Positions 28,553-40,775 are shown, counted from the stretch's first letter. The stretch: 64,000 nt of DNA from Candidatus Binatia bacterium (GCA_963666315.2 CAXXHG010000015.1:223497-287496), one strand, 5' to 3'. The notes: generated by a model not told the origin, from the sequence alone. A program made the numbers and translations.

Positions 28553-29986
28553 ATGGAGCACGTCACGATCGAATCGCCTACTCAACCCGTTCAATCTGCA
28601 CCATACGAGCGCCTGCCCGTCGTGGCCTTGGTTGGGCGGCCAAACGTCGGCAAGTCGACGCTGTTTAACCGTTTCAGCCATAGACGCAAAGCCGTCGTCG
28701 ACAACACTCCGGGGGTGACTCGAGACCGGAACTTTGCCCAAGTCAAATGGGACAATACCCCATTCTTGCTCGTGGATACCGGCGGTATCGATCTGAGAGA
28801 AAACGAAGGCATCGTCGGACAGGTCCAAGCACAAACCCGTTTGGCTATCGACGAAGCCGATCTCGTCATTTTTTTATTTGATGGCAAAGAAGGTATTAAT
28901 CCTGAAGATGCACAAGCCGTCAATATCCTCCGACGGAGCAAAAAGCCCGTTTTCTTTGTGGTGAACAAGGTTGACGGGGACCGCCAAGAACTCGCTGCGA
29001 GTGAATTCTATAGACTAGGCTTAGAGTCCTTCTTTCCGATATCAGCCGCACATGGCCGCGGCATCTCGGAGCTCCTGGATACAGTAGTAGAAACCTTCAC
29101 TCACATAGACGAGCACGCGGCTACTCCGGACTCAACGCATGCCACAACGGCGCGAACGGAGAGACCCGATATCCGGCTCGCCATCGTGGGTCGTCCGAAC
29201 GTCGGCAAGTCTTCGTTGCTGAACCGTCTTGTTGGGGCCGAACGCTCTATTGTTGATGCTGCACCAGGCACCACGCGGGATGCCATAGATACTCGCATTG
29301 AGTGGCAAGACAAGAATATTCTCCTGGTGGATACGGCGGGGGTGCGGAGGCGTACACGCATTCACGAGCACATCGAACAAGCCAGTTCCTTCAATGCGCT
29401 CAAGGCGCTGGAGCGCGCAGAGGTCGGCCTGCTGGTGTTCGACGCGAGCGAAGGGATGACGGATCAAGACGCACGTCTCATTCGTTATGCCTGGGAGCGC
29501 GGACGCGGCATAGTCATCGTCGTCAATAAATGGGACCTAATTCCGTCAGACAAGAAAAACCAAGCGCGCTTTACGGATGCCCTGCATGAAGAGTTTCCAT
29601 TCACCCAGCCCATGCCCATTGTTTTTCTCTCGGCACTCACCGGCTCACGGGTCAAGAATTTGCTGCCAACCGTATATCGCGTCTCCCAAGCCCGTCGTAT
29701 CGAGATTCCTACCCCCGTGCTGAACCGTGTATTTCAGGAATGGACGTCGCGCCACCCCGCCCCCATATACAAACGCAAGTCCGTGCGCTTTTATTATACT
29801 ACCCAGGTAGAGACGAGGCCGCCCAAGATTGCCATCTACACAAGCTCCCCGGACGGCGTTCCGGCACATTACGCACGTTATTTAGAGAATCAATTGCGCA
29901 AGGAATTTGATCTCATCGGCGCGCCGATCCGTCTCGACTTCCGCGCCCGCCGCCCGGATCGATACAGCGAGAAGAGAAAAAAATAG
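28553..29986 (+). CDS. der: Ribosome biogenesis GTPase Der (EngA)
   Basis: Two G domains (GRPNVGKS twice, DTGG/DTAG, NKVD/NKWD) and a KH-like C-terminus. Confidence 0.98.
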   Translation: MEHVTIESPTQPVQSAPYERLPVVALVGRPNVGKSTLFNRFSHRRKAVVDNTPGVTRDRNFAQVKWDNTPFLLVDTGGIDLRENEGIVGQVQAQTRLAIDEADLVIFLFDGKEGINPEDAQAVNILRRSKKPVFFVVNKVDGDRQELAASEFYRLGLESFFPISAAHGRGISELLDTVVETFTHIDEHAATPDSTHATTARTERPDIRLAIVGRPNVGKSSLLNRLVGAERSIVDAAPGTTRDAIDTRIEWQDKNILLVDTAGVRRRTRIHEHIEQASSFNALKALERAEVGLLVFDASEGMTDQDARLIRYAWERGRGIVIVVNKWDLIPSDKKNQARFTDALHEEFPFTQPMPIVFLSALTGSRVKNLLPTVYRVSQARRIEIPTPVLNRVFQEWTSRHPAPIYKRKSVRFYYTTQVETRPPKIAIYTSSPDGVPAHYARYLENQLRKEFDLIGAPIRLDFRARRPDRYSEKRKK

Positions 29987-30027
29987 CCGGATAGACGGTG
30001 CAGTCCACCTCGTTGTTTGTCGAGCAG

Positions 30028-30489
30028 CTAGTACACCCCTGTCGGCAACTTGGTGTGATCCCAGCTTGACGTTTTGACCGGCGTGATCTTGAGGACAGCA
30101 CGCTTTTTGGCCCGCTCTTTCAGGACAGCATCTTCCGCTGGATTCACAACCGTCCCCTGAAAATCCCGGATGTCTTTCATAATCCGCCACACGTCCTCCG
30201 GACTCTCTATGACTTCACAATCACCCCGAATCAAGACACCTTTGAGTTCGCTATAGGCGAGTCCGGACTCGACCATGACCGCCACTTTTTTATTTCTTTT
30301 GGCATTCAGAACTTTCTGTGCCTTCTTAAAAGAAGTCATATAAATAATGCCGTCCTTAGCCATATAGGCCATAGCGACCGCATGCGGATAGCCGTCCCTA
30401 CCCACGGTACACAGCGCCATATTGCGGGCTTCGGCGAGGTAAGCGGCGAGCCCCTCAGGTGTCATGGCAATATGATTACGTCGGTTCAT
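30028..30489 (-). CDS. PPOX-class probable F420-dependent enzyme
   Basis: TVGRDGYPH, KAQKVLN, VESG..YSELKGV and SWDHTKL motifs. Confidence 0.85.
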   Translation of the reverse strand: MNRRNHIAMTPEGLAAYLAEARNMALCTVGRDGYPHAVAMAYMAKDGIIYMTSFKKAQKVLNAKRNKKVAVMVESGLAYSELKGVLIRGDCEVIESPEDVWRIMKDIRDFQGTVVNPAEDAVLKERAKKRAVLKITPVKTSSWDHTKLPTGVY

Positions 30490-30507
30490 TGTTTCCTCCC
30501 CGGCCGT

Positions 30508-31257
30508 TTACTGGGCAAACCAGCCGCCATCGATCACCAGTTCAATACCCGTTGTGTAGGACGCTTCATCAGAGCACAGGTAGAGTGAGCCAAAGGCAAT
30601 CTCTTCCGGTCGGCCAAGCCGACCCATGGGGGTGGCTTTTTTGATCTGCTCATTTTGTTCAGGCGTGAGACCAGCCAAGATCGGCGTATCAATCTGACCC
30701 GGATGGATGGAGTTCACTCGAATACCTTGCCGGACATACTCCAACGCCGCGGCTTTGGTCATAATGCGCACCGCTCCCTTTGTGGCATGGTAGGCAATCG
30801 AACCGGGGCTCCCAATCAGACCATACAACGATGAAATGTTCACAATCACGCCATTGCCTGAATCACGCAGAGCCGGCACTGCCGCTTTCATCCCGAGCCA
30901 GACACCGGTCTGATTAATCGCTAACATCTTATTCCATTTTTCCGGTGTTTCCTCCTCGACCCCACCCGGCCAATACACACCGGCATTATTGATGAGCGTG
31001 GTCAGCTTGCCGAACTGTGAGGTCGCCGCATTGACTGCATTTTTCCAGTCGTCGGCATTGGTCACATCCAGACGCACGAAGGCGGCGTAGCCGCCTTCGT
31101 TATTGACGCCGTCAACAACTTCACGCCCTTTGTCTTCTTGTACATCCGCTACCACGACCTCGGCTCCTTCCGCAGCGAATACGCGCACGTGGGCGGCTCC
31201 AATACCGCTTGCCCCACCTGATACGAGTGCGACTTTTCCGTCTAATCGTCCTGCCAT
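30508..31257 (-). CDS. SDR (3-alpha,20-beta-HSD/cyclopentanol dehydrogenase-like)
   Basis: SGGASGIG, NNAG, YHATK and IRVNSIHPG motifs; start set to ATG 31257 after an AGGAGG RBS. Confidence 0.92.
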   Translation of the reverse strand: MAGRLDGKVALVSGGASGIGAAHVRVFAAEGAEVVVADVQEDKGREVVDGVNNEGGYAAFVRLDVTNADDWKNAVNAATSQFGKLTTLINNAGVYWPGGVEEETPEKWNKMLAINQTGVWLGMKAAVPALRDSGNGVIVNISSLYGLIGSPGSIAYHATKGAVRIMTKAAALEYVRQGIRVNSIHPGQIDTPILAGLTPEQNEQIKKATPMGRLGRPEEIAFGSLYLCSDEASYTTGIELVIDGGWFAQ

Positions 31258-31406
31258 ATATGCCTCCTTACTGCAATTCATCGGATATCTGCAGCTGATC
31301 GGCCCGCACCTTAGCTGAGGCGGTTTCTGCACGCAAGGAATTGAGCAGGAATTGGCAGGGCCGCAGCCAAGTGGTAGTGATGGTGCGCATATAGGAGGAC
31401 GTCCGC

Positions 31407-32573
31407 ATGGATTTTCAACTCACGGATGAACGACAAGAAATCTGCAAACAGGTGCGCGCCTTATGTTCGCGCTTCCCGGACGAATACTGGCGCGGACGGG
31501 ATGAGAGCGGGGAATTCCCGTGGGACTTCTACCAGGCTTTTGCTGACGGAGGCTGGTTGGGGATCACCATTCCGAAAGAGTACGGCGGTGCCGGACTCGG
31601 CATTACGGATGCGGCGCTGGTGATGCAAACGGTTGCCGAATCCGGCGGCGGGACCCAAGCCTGCTCGTCCATCCATTTAGGCATCTTCGGTCTGGAGCCG
31701 CTGATTAAATATGGCACCCAGGCGGCCAAAGACAAATACCTTGCGCCCATACTCAGTGGCGAGCTTCATGTTTCGTTTGCGGTGACCGAGCCCGACGCGG
31801 GTACGAATACGACCCAGATCAGCACGTTTGCGACCAAGAGTGGCGACGGCTATATCATCAACGGGCGCAAAGCCTTTATCACCAAGGCCCAAGAGTCCAA
31901 GAAAATGCTGCTGCTGACCCGAACCACGCCGTATGACGAGGTGGACAAAAAAACCATGGGCATCAGCCTCTTCTTTGCGGACATTGACCCAAAAGCCGTG
32001 GAGGTCACCGAACTCCACAAACTGGGCCGGAAAGCCGTTGATACAAACATGTTGTTTATCGACAACCTGTACGTGCCAAAAGAAGATCTTATTGGTGAGG
32101 AAGGCCGGGGCTTTTACTACCTACTGGACGGCATTAACCCGGAACGTATCCTGATTGCCGCCGAGTGCATAGGCATGGGCAAGCGGGCGGTTGAGAAAGC
32201 CGTCCAGTATGCCAAAGAGCGCGTGGTTTTTGGTCGTCCGATTGGAAAGAATCAGGGCATTCAGTTTCCACTGGCCGAATCCTTTGCCAAACTCGAAACC
32301 GCTGAACTCATGGTCTATAAGGCCGCCAGTTTATACGACCGAGGCCAGCAGTGTGGCAAAGAAGCCAATATCGCCAAATATATGGCAGCAGAAGCAGCCT
32401 GTGAGGCGACAGACCGAGCCATTCAAACCCATGGCGGGTATGGCTATATCAAGGAATACGATGTCGAACGCTACTGGCGCGAAGCGCGCCTGTTCCGTAT
32501 CGCTCCGATCTCCCAGGAGATGGTGCTCAACTATATTGGCGAGCACGTATTGGGGTTGCCCAAGTCGTACTGA
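31407..32573 (+). CDS. Acyl-CoA dehydrogenase
   Basis: FAVTEPDAG, INGRKAFIT, ERILIA, RVVFGRPI and QTHGGYGY motifs. Confidence 0.95.
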   Translation: MDFQLTDERQEICKQVRALCSRFPDEYWRGRDESGEFPWDFYQAFADGGWLGITIPKEYGGAGLGITDAALVMQTVAESGGGTQACSSIHLGIFGLEPLIKYGTQAAKDKYLAPILSGELHVSFAVTEPDAGTNTTQISTFATKSGDGYIINGRKAFITKAQESKKMLLLTRTTPYDEVDKKTMGISLFFADIDPKAVEVTELHKLGRKAVDTNMLFIDNLYVPKEDLIGEEGRGFYYLLDGINPERILIAAECIGMGKRAVEKAVQYAKERVVFGRPIGKNQGIQFPLAESFAKLETAELMVYKAASLYDRGQQCGKEANIAKYMAAEAACEATDRAIQTHGGYGYIKEYDVERYWREARLFRIAPISQEMVLNYIGEHVLGLPKSY

Positions 32574-32627
32574 GGGAAGGATCCGCGAATCGGAGGGGGA
32601 GAAACCGAAACGACGATAGGAAGACAT

Positions 32628-33659
32628 ATGAAAATCGGTTATATGCCTGACACCCATGGCGGGCCGTACAATCAACCCGAACCCTCACCTGAAGCCGCAG
32701 CCGCATTTTGCGACCAACTTCTGAATGAAGGCATTGAGGCCGAAAAGGCAGGCTTTGACGGCATCTTTTTGCCCGAGCGGCATCATCGTACGGAGACGAT
32801 GTTTCCCCCTCCGCTGATGATGCTGGCCGGCTACGCCACGCGGACTGAACGCGTGGATCTGGGTACATTTGTTCTGCAAACGCCGTATTATAATCCCATG
32901 CACCTGGCCGAAGATGTTGCCATGATAGACCTCATGTCAAAAGGCCGCGTCGTACTGGGCATTGGGCTCGGCTACCATCCGGATTATTTTCGGCTTTTCA
33001 ACGAACCCTATAAGCAGCGCTTTTCTCGTTTTGAAGAGAGCATCGATATTCTGCGACTGGCCTGGAGTAGCCACAAGCCGTTCTCTTACCACGGCAAACG
33101 TTTTCAATACGACGATGTCATGCTGACGCCCAAGCCCTATCAGGCCGGTGGCCCACCACTGTGGATCGGCGCGGCCTATCCGGAAGCCATTCAACGCGCC
33201 GGACGCCTTGGAGATGCATGGGGGATTCTGCCCTTTTGGGATCCCATTCCCAATCTAAAACAACAAGCCGACCAGTACCGTGAGAGTGCGGCCGAGCACG
33301 GCAGAAAACCGAAAGTCGTCCTGATGCGCGACGGTTGGGTTGCCCCCACGCGCACAGAAGCGGCAGAAACCTTTGGGCCGCTATGGGTCGAAGAGATGCT
33401 CTTTTACTGGCGCTGGAACCTCTTATCTCCCAATGAGGAGTTCACCTCAGAGGCGGATTTCACGGTTGAGAAGTTAAGCAAATATTTAGTCATGGGTTCA
33501 CCCAGCGAGTGCATCGAACAACTCGAGATGTGGCGCGACGTGGTCGGCGCTGATTACATCATCATGCGTTTTCGTTTACCACTCGGTCCGGCGCCAGAGC
33601 GCGTAGTGGCCTGCATCCGCCAATTTGGGGCTGAGGTGATTCCGCACTTCAAGAAGTAA
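32628..33659 (+). CDS. Luciferase-like (LLM) flavin/F420-dependent oxidoreductase
   Basis: AEKAGFD...ERH, LAEDVAMIDLMSKGR, PKPYQ...PPLWIGA and RAGRLGD motifs. Confidence 0.92.
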   Translation: MKIGYMPDTHGGPYNQPEPSPEAAAAFCDQLLNEGIEAEKAGFDGIFLPERHHRTETMFPPPLMMLAGYATRTERVDLGTFVLQTPYYNPMHLAEDVAMIDLMSKGRVVLGIGLGYHPDYFRLFNEPYKQRFSRFEESIDILRLAWSSHKPFSYHGKRFQYDDVMLTPKPYQAGGPPLWIGAAYPEAIQRAGRLGDAWGILPFWDPIPNLKQQADQYRESAAEHGRKPKVVLMRDGWVAPTRTEAAETFGPLWVEEMLFYWRWNLLSPNEEFTSEADFTVEKLSKYLVMGSPSECIEQLEMWRDVVGADYIIMRFRLPLGPAPERVVACIRQFGAEVIPHFKK

Positions 33660-33709
33660 GGTCCCCAATCCCCATCCCATAATCCCTAAACCCTATAAGG
33701 AATATCTCT

Positions 33710-34057
33710 ATGGCCAAAAATCCATTTGCCAAAATGATTCGTGACTTACCCGAAGCGGATATCGCCTTCAAAGGCGTGAAAGGCTGGATTTCGCAGGCGA
33801 AAGACAATCAAGTCGTATTTATGAATATTGCCCCGATCGGCGAGGTCGCTGCGCACGCGCATGGCGCGCAGTGGGGCATTGTAGTGGATGGCGCAATGGA
33901 TCTTACCGTCGGTGGAAAAACACGAACCTATCGCAAAGGCGATAGCTATTATATTCCGGCCGGAACGGTCCATGCGGCCCGGTTTCGCGAGCGCACCTAT
34001 GTCATTGATGTGTTTGCCGATAAGCAGCGTTATAAAGCGAAAAAGGCCACCGGCTAG
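33710..34057 (+). CDS. Cupin domain protein
   Basis: HAH.AQWG.V..G and GDSYYIPAGTVH motifs. Confidence 0.9.
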   Translation: MAKNPFAKMIRDLPEADIAFKGVKGWISQAKDNQVVFMNIAPIGEVAAHAHGAQWGIVVDGAMDLTVGGKTRTYRKGDSYYIPAGTVHAARFRERTYVIDVFADKQRYKAKKATG

Positions 34058-34108
34058 TTATCGCTACAGGCACTGTCTTCCGCCCGGCCTCTACAGCACA
34101 TTGACCAC

Positions 34109-34699
34109 ATGGAGCACTCGGCAAACCCTCGCCGTCTCATTCTTGCCTCGGCCTCGCCTCGGCGGCGTAACCTCTTGCACGGAACCGGCATCGCCTTTCG
34201 CGTAATTCCCAGCCTCACTGATGAAACCCATTGTCCTGGAGAGACCCCCGCAGCCTATGTCCAGCGTGTGGCGGCAGATAAAGCGCAGACCGTCGCTCAA
34301 GAGCAGCCAGGATTCTGGGTCTTAGCCGCAGATACCATCGTGACACTCAAGGGCCACATCTTGGGTAAACCGGGCAGCACTGAAATTGCCCGGAAGATGC
34401 TGGCAACCCTCTCGGGGCTGACCCACCAGGTCATGACAGCCTTTGTTTTATTAAACGAGACAGGACAATCGACTACGACCGAGATCGTCACAAGTGAGGT
34501 CACGTTTAAGAGCATCTCAGACGCGGAGATTGATGCCTATCTCGCCACAGGTGAGCCTTTTGACAAAGCAGGCGCCTATGCAGTCCAGGGGAAAGGGCGC
34601 AACCTTGTGGACCATGTTACGGGTTCGCTGACAAATGTCATAGGCTTGCCTATGGACGAGGTAGGAGCGGCGCTGCGCACGGCAGGACTCCTTGCATAA
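34109..34699 (+). CDS. maf: Maf-family nucleoside triphosphate pyrophosphatase
   Basis: LILASASPRR, AADT.V...LGKP, DKAGAY and NVIGLP motifs. Confidence 0.95.
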   Translation: MEHSANPRRLILASASPRRRNLLHGTGIAFRVIPSLTDETHCPGETPAAYVQRVAADKAQTVAQEQPGFWVLAADTIVTLKGHILGKPGSTEIARKMLATLSGLTHQVMTAFVLLNETGQSTTTEIVTSEVTFKSISDAEIDAYLATGEPFDKAGAYAVQGKGRNLVDHVTGSLTNVIGLPMDEVGAALRTAGLLA

Positions 34700-35411
34700 A
34701 GAGACAGGCAGGCATGCAAGTATGATTGATGTAGCTGGAAATTACGCACGGGTCTCCGAACAGGTCGCGCGGGCGGCTGAGCGAAGCGGTCGGCGTCGAG
34801 AAGATATTACCCTGGTGTGTGCAGCCAAAACGAAAGACACTGACCTTGTGCGAGCGAGCCTGCAAGCCGGGGCCACAGATATTGGAGAGAACTATGTCCA
34901 AGAGGCGCAGGACAAGATAGCGGCTATTCCAGAGCCCGCGACATGGCACCTCATCGGGCATTTGCAGCGGAACAAAGCAAAAATCGCAGTCCGGCTGTTC
35001 AATGTGATTCATTCCCTGGATAGCCTGGCTTTGGCCAAAGAGCTGCACCGTCAGGCCGAGAAACTCGGGACACCTGTGCGTGCCTTGGTTGAAGTCAATC
35101 TCGCTGGAGAGGCCACAAAGGGTGGGATTGCCCCTGACGGCATCGAGGCACTATTGGAAACAGCCAGCCAGCTCTCGCATCTGCGTGTGGAAGGCTTTAT
35201 GGCTATCCCACCTGCGGTATCAGATCCCAACCAGGCCCGTCCATATTTCCGCACCCTGGCGCAGCTTCGCGAACGCTATGCTAAGGTAGATGCAGACAGT
35301 ATGGCTCTCCATGAACTTTCCATGGGCATGACCGACGATTTTACCGTTGCTATTGAAGAAGGCGCGACCATAGTCCGGGTTGGTCGCGCCATTTTCGGCG
35401 AACGGAGATAG
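34692..35411 (+). CDS. yggS: PLP homeostasis protein (YggS/PLPBP)
   Basis: GENYVQE, WHLIGHLQRNK and LSMGMTDDF..AIEEGATIVRVG motifs; the start may be ATG 34722. Confidence 0.95.
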   Translation: MHKETGRHASMIDVAGNYARVSEQVARAAERSGRRREDITLVCAAKTKDTDLVRASLQAGATDIGENYVQEAQDKIAAIPEPATWHLIGHLQRNKAKIAVRLFNVIHSLDSLALAKELHRQAEKLGTPVRALVEVNLAGEATKGGIAPDGIEALLETASQLSHLRVEGFMAIPPAVSDPNQARPYFRTLAQLRERYAKVDADSMALHELSMGMTDDFTVAIEEGATIVRVGRAIFGERR

Positions 35412-35434
35412 TCGCAGATAATTATTGGGGAAGG

Positions 35435-36256
35435 ATGCGGATGAAAAAGATTGGATTTATCGGCGCGGGAAATATGGCCGGCGCTCTTATCAAAGGGCTC
35501 ATCAAGGCGAAACTCTACACGCCGCAAGAGATCTTGGTCAGTGATGCCTTACCCGCGCAGTTGCGAAAAGTGAACCGTCTGTATCAGGTCGAAGGCACGC
35601 AAGAGAACCAAACGGTCGTGCGCGCAGCCGGGACCATTGTCCTGGCCGTGAAGCCCCAGATTATCGATCAGGTGCTGGCTGACATTCGGCCCGAAGTAAC
35701 GAAAAGCAAGCTTTTTATTTCCATCGCCGCAGGCGTCACGCTCAAGCGCTTGGAAAAAGGCTTAGGCGGAGACGCCAGAGTGATCCGCGTTATGCCCAAT
35801 ACGCCGGCATTACTCGGCAAAAGTATGACCGTAATCGTGCGCGGCAAGAAGGCCAAGGCTGTAGACGAAAAACTCACCCTCGCCTTCTTTCGCGGCGTGG
35901 GAGACGCGTTGGCCGTGCAGGATGAAAAGCTTTTGGACCCCGTGACCGGCCTCAGCGGTAGCGGACCAGCCTATGTCTATTTGTTTGCGGAAGCCTTGAT
36001 TGCCGGCGGCGTGAAAAAGGGCTTAAGCCCCTCAGTAGCTGAACGCCTGACTTTTCAGACTTTAGAAGGTGCGGTGGCCATGCTCAAGGAGGCCAAGCAG
36101 AGTCCCAAAGAGCTGCGCGCAATGGTCACGTCAGCGGGCGGGACAACGCTGGCCGGTCTGACACGCTTGAAACAGGGGCAATTCTTTCAGACTGTGCGTG
36201 CAGCAGTCGAGGCCGCAACGCGCCGTTCACGCGAATTGGGAAAAGGGTTGAAGTAG
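35435..36256 (+). CDS. proC: Pyrroline-5-carboxylate reductase
   Basis: IGFIGAGNM, LAVKPQ, RVMPNTP, GLSGSGPAY and VTSAGGTT motifs. Confidence 0.96.
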   Translation: MRMKKIGFIGAGNMAGALIKGLIKAKLYTPQEILVSDALPAQLRKVNRLYQVEGTQENQTVVRAAGTIVLAVKPQIIDQVLADIRPEVTKSKLFISIAAGVTLKRLEKGLGGDARVIRVMPNTPALLGKSMTVIVRGKKAKAVDEKLTLAFFRGVGDALAVQDEKLLDPVTGLSGSGPAYVYLFAEALIAGGVKKGLSPSVAERLTFQTLEGAVAMLKEAKQSPKELRAMVTSAGGTTLAGLTRLKQGQFFQTVRAAVEAATRRSRELGKGLK

Positions 36257-36269
36257 GAGGTATCGCGGT

Positions 36270-36575
36270 ATGTTCGTTTTCGGGAATCTTCTTCAGGCGG
36301 TCGCTAGCATTCTGGGCTCTTTGCTATCGGTGTATTTCTGGGTCTTACTCATCAGAGTAGTGCTGTCCTGGGTCAACGCAGACCCCTACAACCCGATTGT
36401 CCGCTTTCTGTCTTCGATAACAGATCCGGTGTTTTACTACTGCCGTCGTATTCTGCCGTTTCCAACAACAATAGGTTCTATGGATCTCACACCGCTCCTG
36501 GTGATGCTCTTTGTCCAGTTTCTCCAGATCTTCTTAGTCCAAAGCCTGTTGGACCTGTCCCTGGCCTTGCGCTGA
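36270..36575 (+). CDS. yggT: YggT-family membrane protein
   Basis: LSWVNADPYNPIVRFL..ITDP and MDLTPL motifs; synteny with yggS and proC. Confidence 0.93.
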   Translation: MFVFGNLLQAVASILGSLLSVYFWVLLIRVVLSWVNADPYNPIVRFLSSITDPVFYYCRRILPFPTTIGSMDLTPLLVMLFVQFLQIFLVQSLLDLSLALR

Positions 36576-36580
36576 CCACG

Positions 36581-36901
36581 ATGACACACCCTGCGGCAAC
36601 GACACCCTGGAGCCAGACTCCCGAGGGTCTTTCACTCCGGGTTTACCTTCAACCCCGTGCCGCACGGAATCATGTGGTCGGCCTGCATGGTAATGCGATT
36701 ATAATTAGCCTGACCGCCCTGCCGATTGAGGGTCGAGCCAATACTGCCCTGGTGGCGTTTCTGTCGCATTTCTTCAAGCTCCCCCGCTCCGCAGTTGCTC
36801 TTGAATCCGGAACTAAAAGCCGAGGCAAACGGGTGCGGATCATTACGCCCGACCCAACAACGGTTATTCATCAACTCGAACAGTATCTCAGCCAGTCTTG
36901 A
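36581..36901 (+). CDS. yggU: DUF167/YggU-family protein
   Basis: LQPRA.RN.V.G, P.EGRAN and SG.KSR.K motifs; synteny. Confidence 0.88.
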   Translation: MTHPAATTPWSQTPEGLSLRVYLQPRAARNHVVGLHGNAIIISLTALPIEGRANTALVAFLSHFFKLPRSAVALESGTKSRGKRVRIITPDPTTVIHQLEQYLSQS

Positions 36902-36963
36902 CAACCGAGGGGGCGATCATTAGCGTTCCGTGTTAGGGACTTATGGGAAAGAGGCCAGCAGTC

Positions 36964-37332
36964 ATGCCGATCTACGAATATGCATGTAAAAAATGTGATG
37001 GAGAATTCGAAGTCTCACAACGCATTACAGATGAAACGTTAAAACGCTATCTTTGTCCGCACTGTGGCAAGCGGACGGCTGTCACCAAATTGATTTCCCG
37101 TTCCTCGTTTCACCTCAAAGGCAGTGGATGGTACGCCACCGACTACGGGAAAAATGGGGAGAAGCCATCAAAATCGGATGACGCCAAGAGTGGCGATACC
37201 AAGAACGGGGATACCAAGAGCGGGGATGCGAAGAGTAAATCCAAGGATGCCGGCTCTTCTTCTTCAAAAAATGAGAGTTCCAACAAAGCCGCTAGCCCGT
37301 CCAAATCGACGAGCCCCTCAGCCTCACAATAA
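36964..37332 (+). CDS. FmdB-family zinc-ribbon protein with S/K/D-rich tail
   Basis: [11 protein letters not shown]...CPHCG...[13 protein letters not shown]; the tail has four 15-bp repeats (37180-37239, D(A/T)K(S/N)G). Confidence 0.92.
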   Translation: MPIYEYACKKCDGEFEVSQRITDETLKRYLCPHCGKRTAVTKLISRSSFHLKGSGWYATDYGKNGEKPSKSDDAKSGDTKNGDTKSGDAKSKSKDAGSSSSKNESSNKAASPSKSTSPSASQ

Positions 37333-37400
37333 TATAACAGACTTTTCCCCAGTCGCCCCTCTTACACCGGCCGACTCCCCATGCTAGGAAGTCTGCATGC

Positions 37401-37474
37401 GGTCGCATAGCTCAGCAGGCTAGAGCGCTTGCCTCACATGCAAGAGGTCCGGTGTTCGAGTCACCGTGCGACCA
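37401..37474 (+). tRNA. tRNA-Val (anticodon CAC)
   Basis: Acceptor stem GGTCGCA/TGCGACC, D arm AGCTCAG..GG.TAGAGC, anticodon arm CTTGC-CTCACAT-GCAAG and T loop TTCGAGT; CCA is not encoded after the discriminator A. Confidence 0.96.
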
Positions 37475-37476
37475 TG

Positions 37477-37507
37477 AAAAAGCCCGCATCTCAGCGGGCT
37501 TTTTTTT
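37477..37507 (+). terminator. Rho-independent terminator after tRNA-Val
   Basis: AAAAAGCCCGC-ATCTCA-GCGGGCTTTTTTTT. Confidence 0.9.
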
Positions 37508-37711
37508 GCTTTCGGGCCATGTGAGCCTCGTCGCTGTTCCTCACCACACAGGCCCTATCCTCGAACAGGACGCGCCACTAGTGATATCTCTCACAGTGCG
37601 AATACTCACTCCCAAGGGGTCTCGCCCCCGTTTTGCGCCTTCGAAACAAGTATGTTACAGGTGACAGCTCATTTCAAAACGCAAAAAGACGCGCAAGGAG
37701 GAGTCTAGGTC

Positions 37712-38134
37712 ATGGCGGATAAAAATTTTGGACGCGTAATTGAGGATCGACGGCGCGAGTTAGGACTGACGCAAGAGACGGTAGCCAAAAAAGTCAGCGT
37801 ACGAGCTAATTATGTTGGTTACCTCGAACGCGGCATGCGTCATCCGAGTCAGAAAGTTGTTGAGAAGTTATCAAACGCGTTGAAATTAGATTCTCAAGAC
37901 CTCTATCTGCTCGCCAATCCACGCGTCCGGACTCTCCTCGGAAGAGAAAAACCTGCGGCACCAAGTGCCTCATCATGGCAGAAGTTCATCCGCAACGCCT
38001 CGCTGCAGCAGAAGAACGGTTTGAGTAAAGCCGAACGTGAAGCTTTAGCCCAAATTGTCAGAGCGGAAAGATCCACAAGTATGTCCGGTGTCATCAAAGC
38101 CGTGCGTGCTTTGCGCAAAGGCTTCAAAGGTTAA
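37712..38134 (+). CDS. XRE-family HTH protein with unknown C-terminal domain
   Basis: RRRELGLTQETVAKKVSVRANYVGYLERGMRHPS; AGGAGG RBS. Confidence 0.88.
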   Translation: MADKNFGRVIEDRRRELGLTQETVAKKVSVRANYVGYLERGMRHPSQKVVEKLSNALKLDSQDLYLLANPRVRTLLGREKPAAPSASSWQKFIRNASLQQKNGLSKAEREALAQIVRAERSTSMSGVIKAVRALRKGFKG

Positions 38135-38209
38135 GAGGATGCCCAAAAAGGCCATGTTGGGCGTCACCCGGCAGCCGCCACATGCGGGACATTGCTGTAT
38201 GGGGGGAGT

Positions 38210-38527
38210 TCAGCAGCCGGTGTCTTCCTCCGCCGCTCCCTGCTGCAGAGCTCGGCCCTGGAGGTGAGTAGACCTCGTTATTGAGACGTTATCGTCGCTA
38301 TAGATATCGAAGAAAGCATCAATGCTCTCCAGGAGCTGACCCTTGATTTGTCCGCGCGTGCCCTCCAGCACGTGTAACGTGACCCTACTCTCCCGGCCAT
38401 CCTGATGCGTCACAGTTCCTCGTTCTACCTGCTGCACTTCTCCTTCAGAATATAAGCGCAACCCATAAATCAATACGTAGGTTTTCTCTTTCCCTTTATT
38501 GCCAACAATGACTTGCAGCTTCGCCAT
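38210..38527 (-). CDS. Hypothetical protein
   Basis: AAGGAG RBS, ATG start and natural-looking composition; no family recognised. Confidence 0.65.
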   Translation of the reverse strand: MAKLQVIVGNKGKEKTYVLIYGLRLYSEGEVQQVERGTVTHQDGRESRVTLHVLEGTRGQIKGQLLESIDAFFDIYSDDNVSITRSTHLQGRALQQGAAEEDTGC

Positions 38528-38562
38528 TACACTGCTCCTTGCCGTTGCCCCAGCCCTTCCCT

Positions 38563-38629
38563 CCTGGATTCCCGTGGAAACGGGAATGACAACCCTTTTG
38601 TGTCATACCTGGGAAGGCAGGTATCCAGG
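38563..38629. repeat. Inverted pair of REP-like palindromes (GTCATTCCCG...GGGAATCCAG type)
   Basis: CCTGGATTCCCGTGGAAACGGGAATGACA facing TGTCATACCTGGGAAGGCAGGTATCCAGG. Confidence 0.7.
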
Positions 38630-38662
38630 CCGCGAGGATAAGACGAAGTTTTGTGAGAGAAC

Positions 38663-40702
<2,040 letters not shown>

Positions 40703-40775
40703 CTACCCCACGCAGGAGCAAACCAGTTTCTTTGCTCAGACTCGATACGTAAAAAAGATGGAGATATAACGACAC

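Noticed and set aside
37401-38630. Integrated element at tRNA-Val
   Set aside because: No integrase and no duplicate of the tRNA 3' end were seen, and the native terminator follows the tRNA directly.
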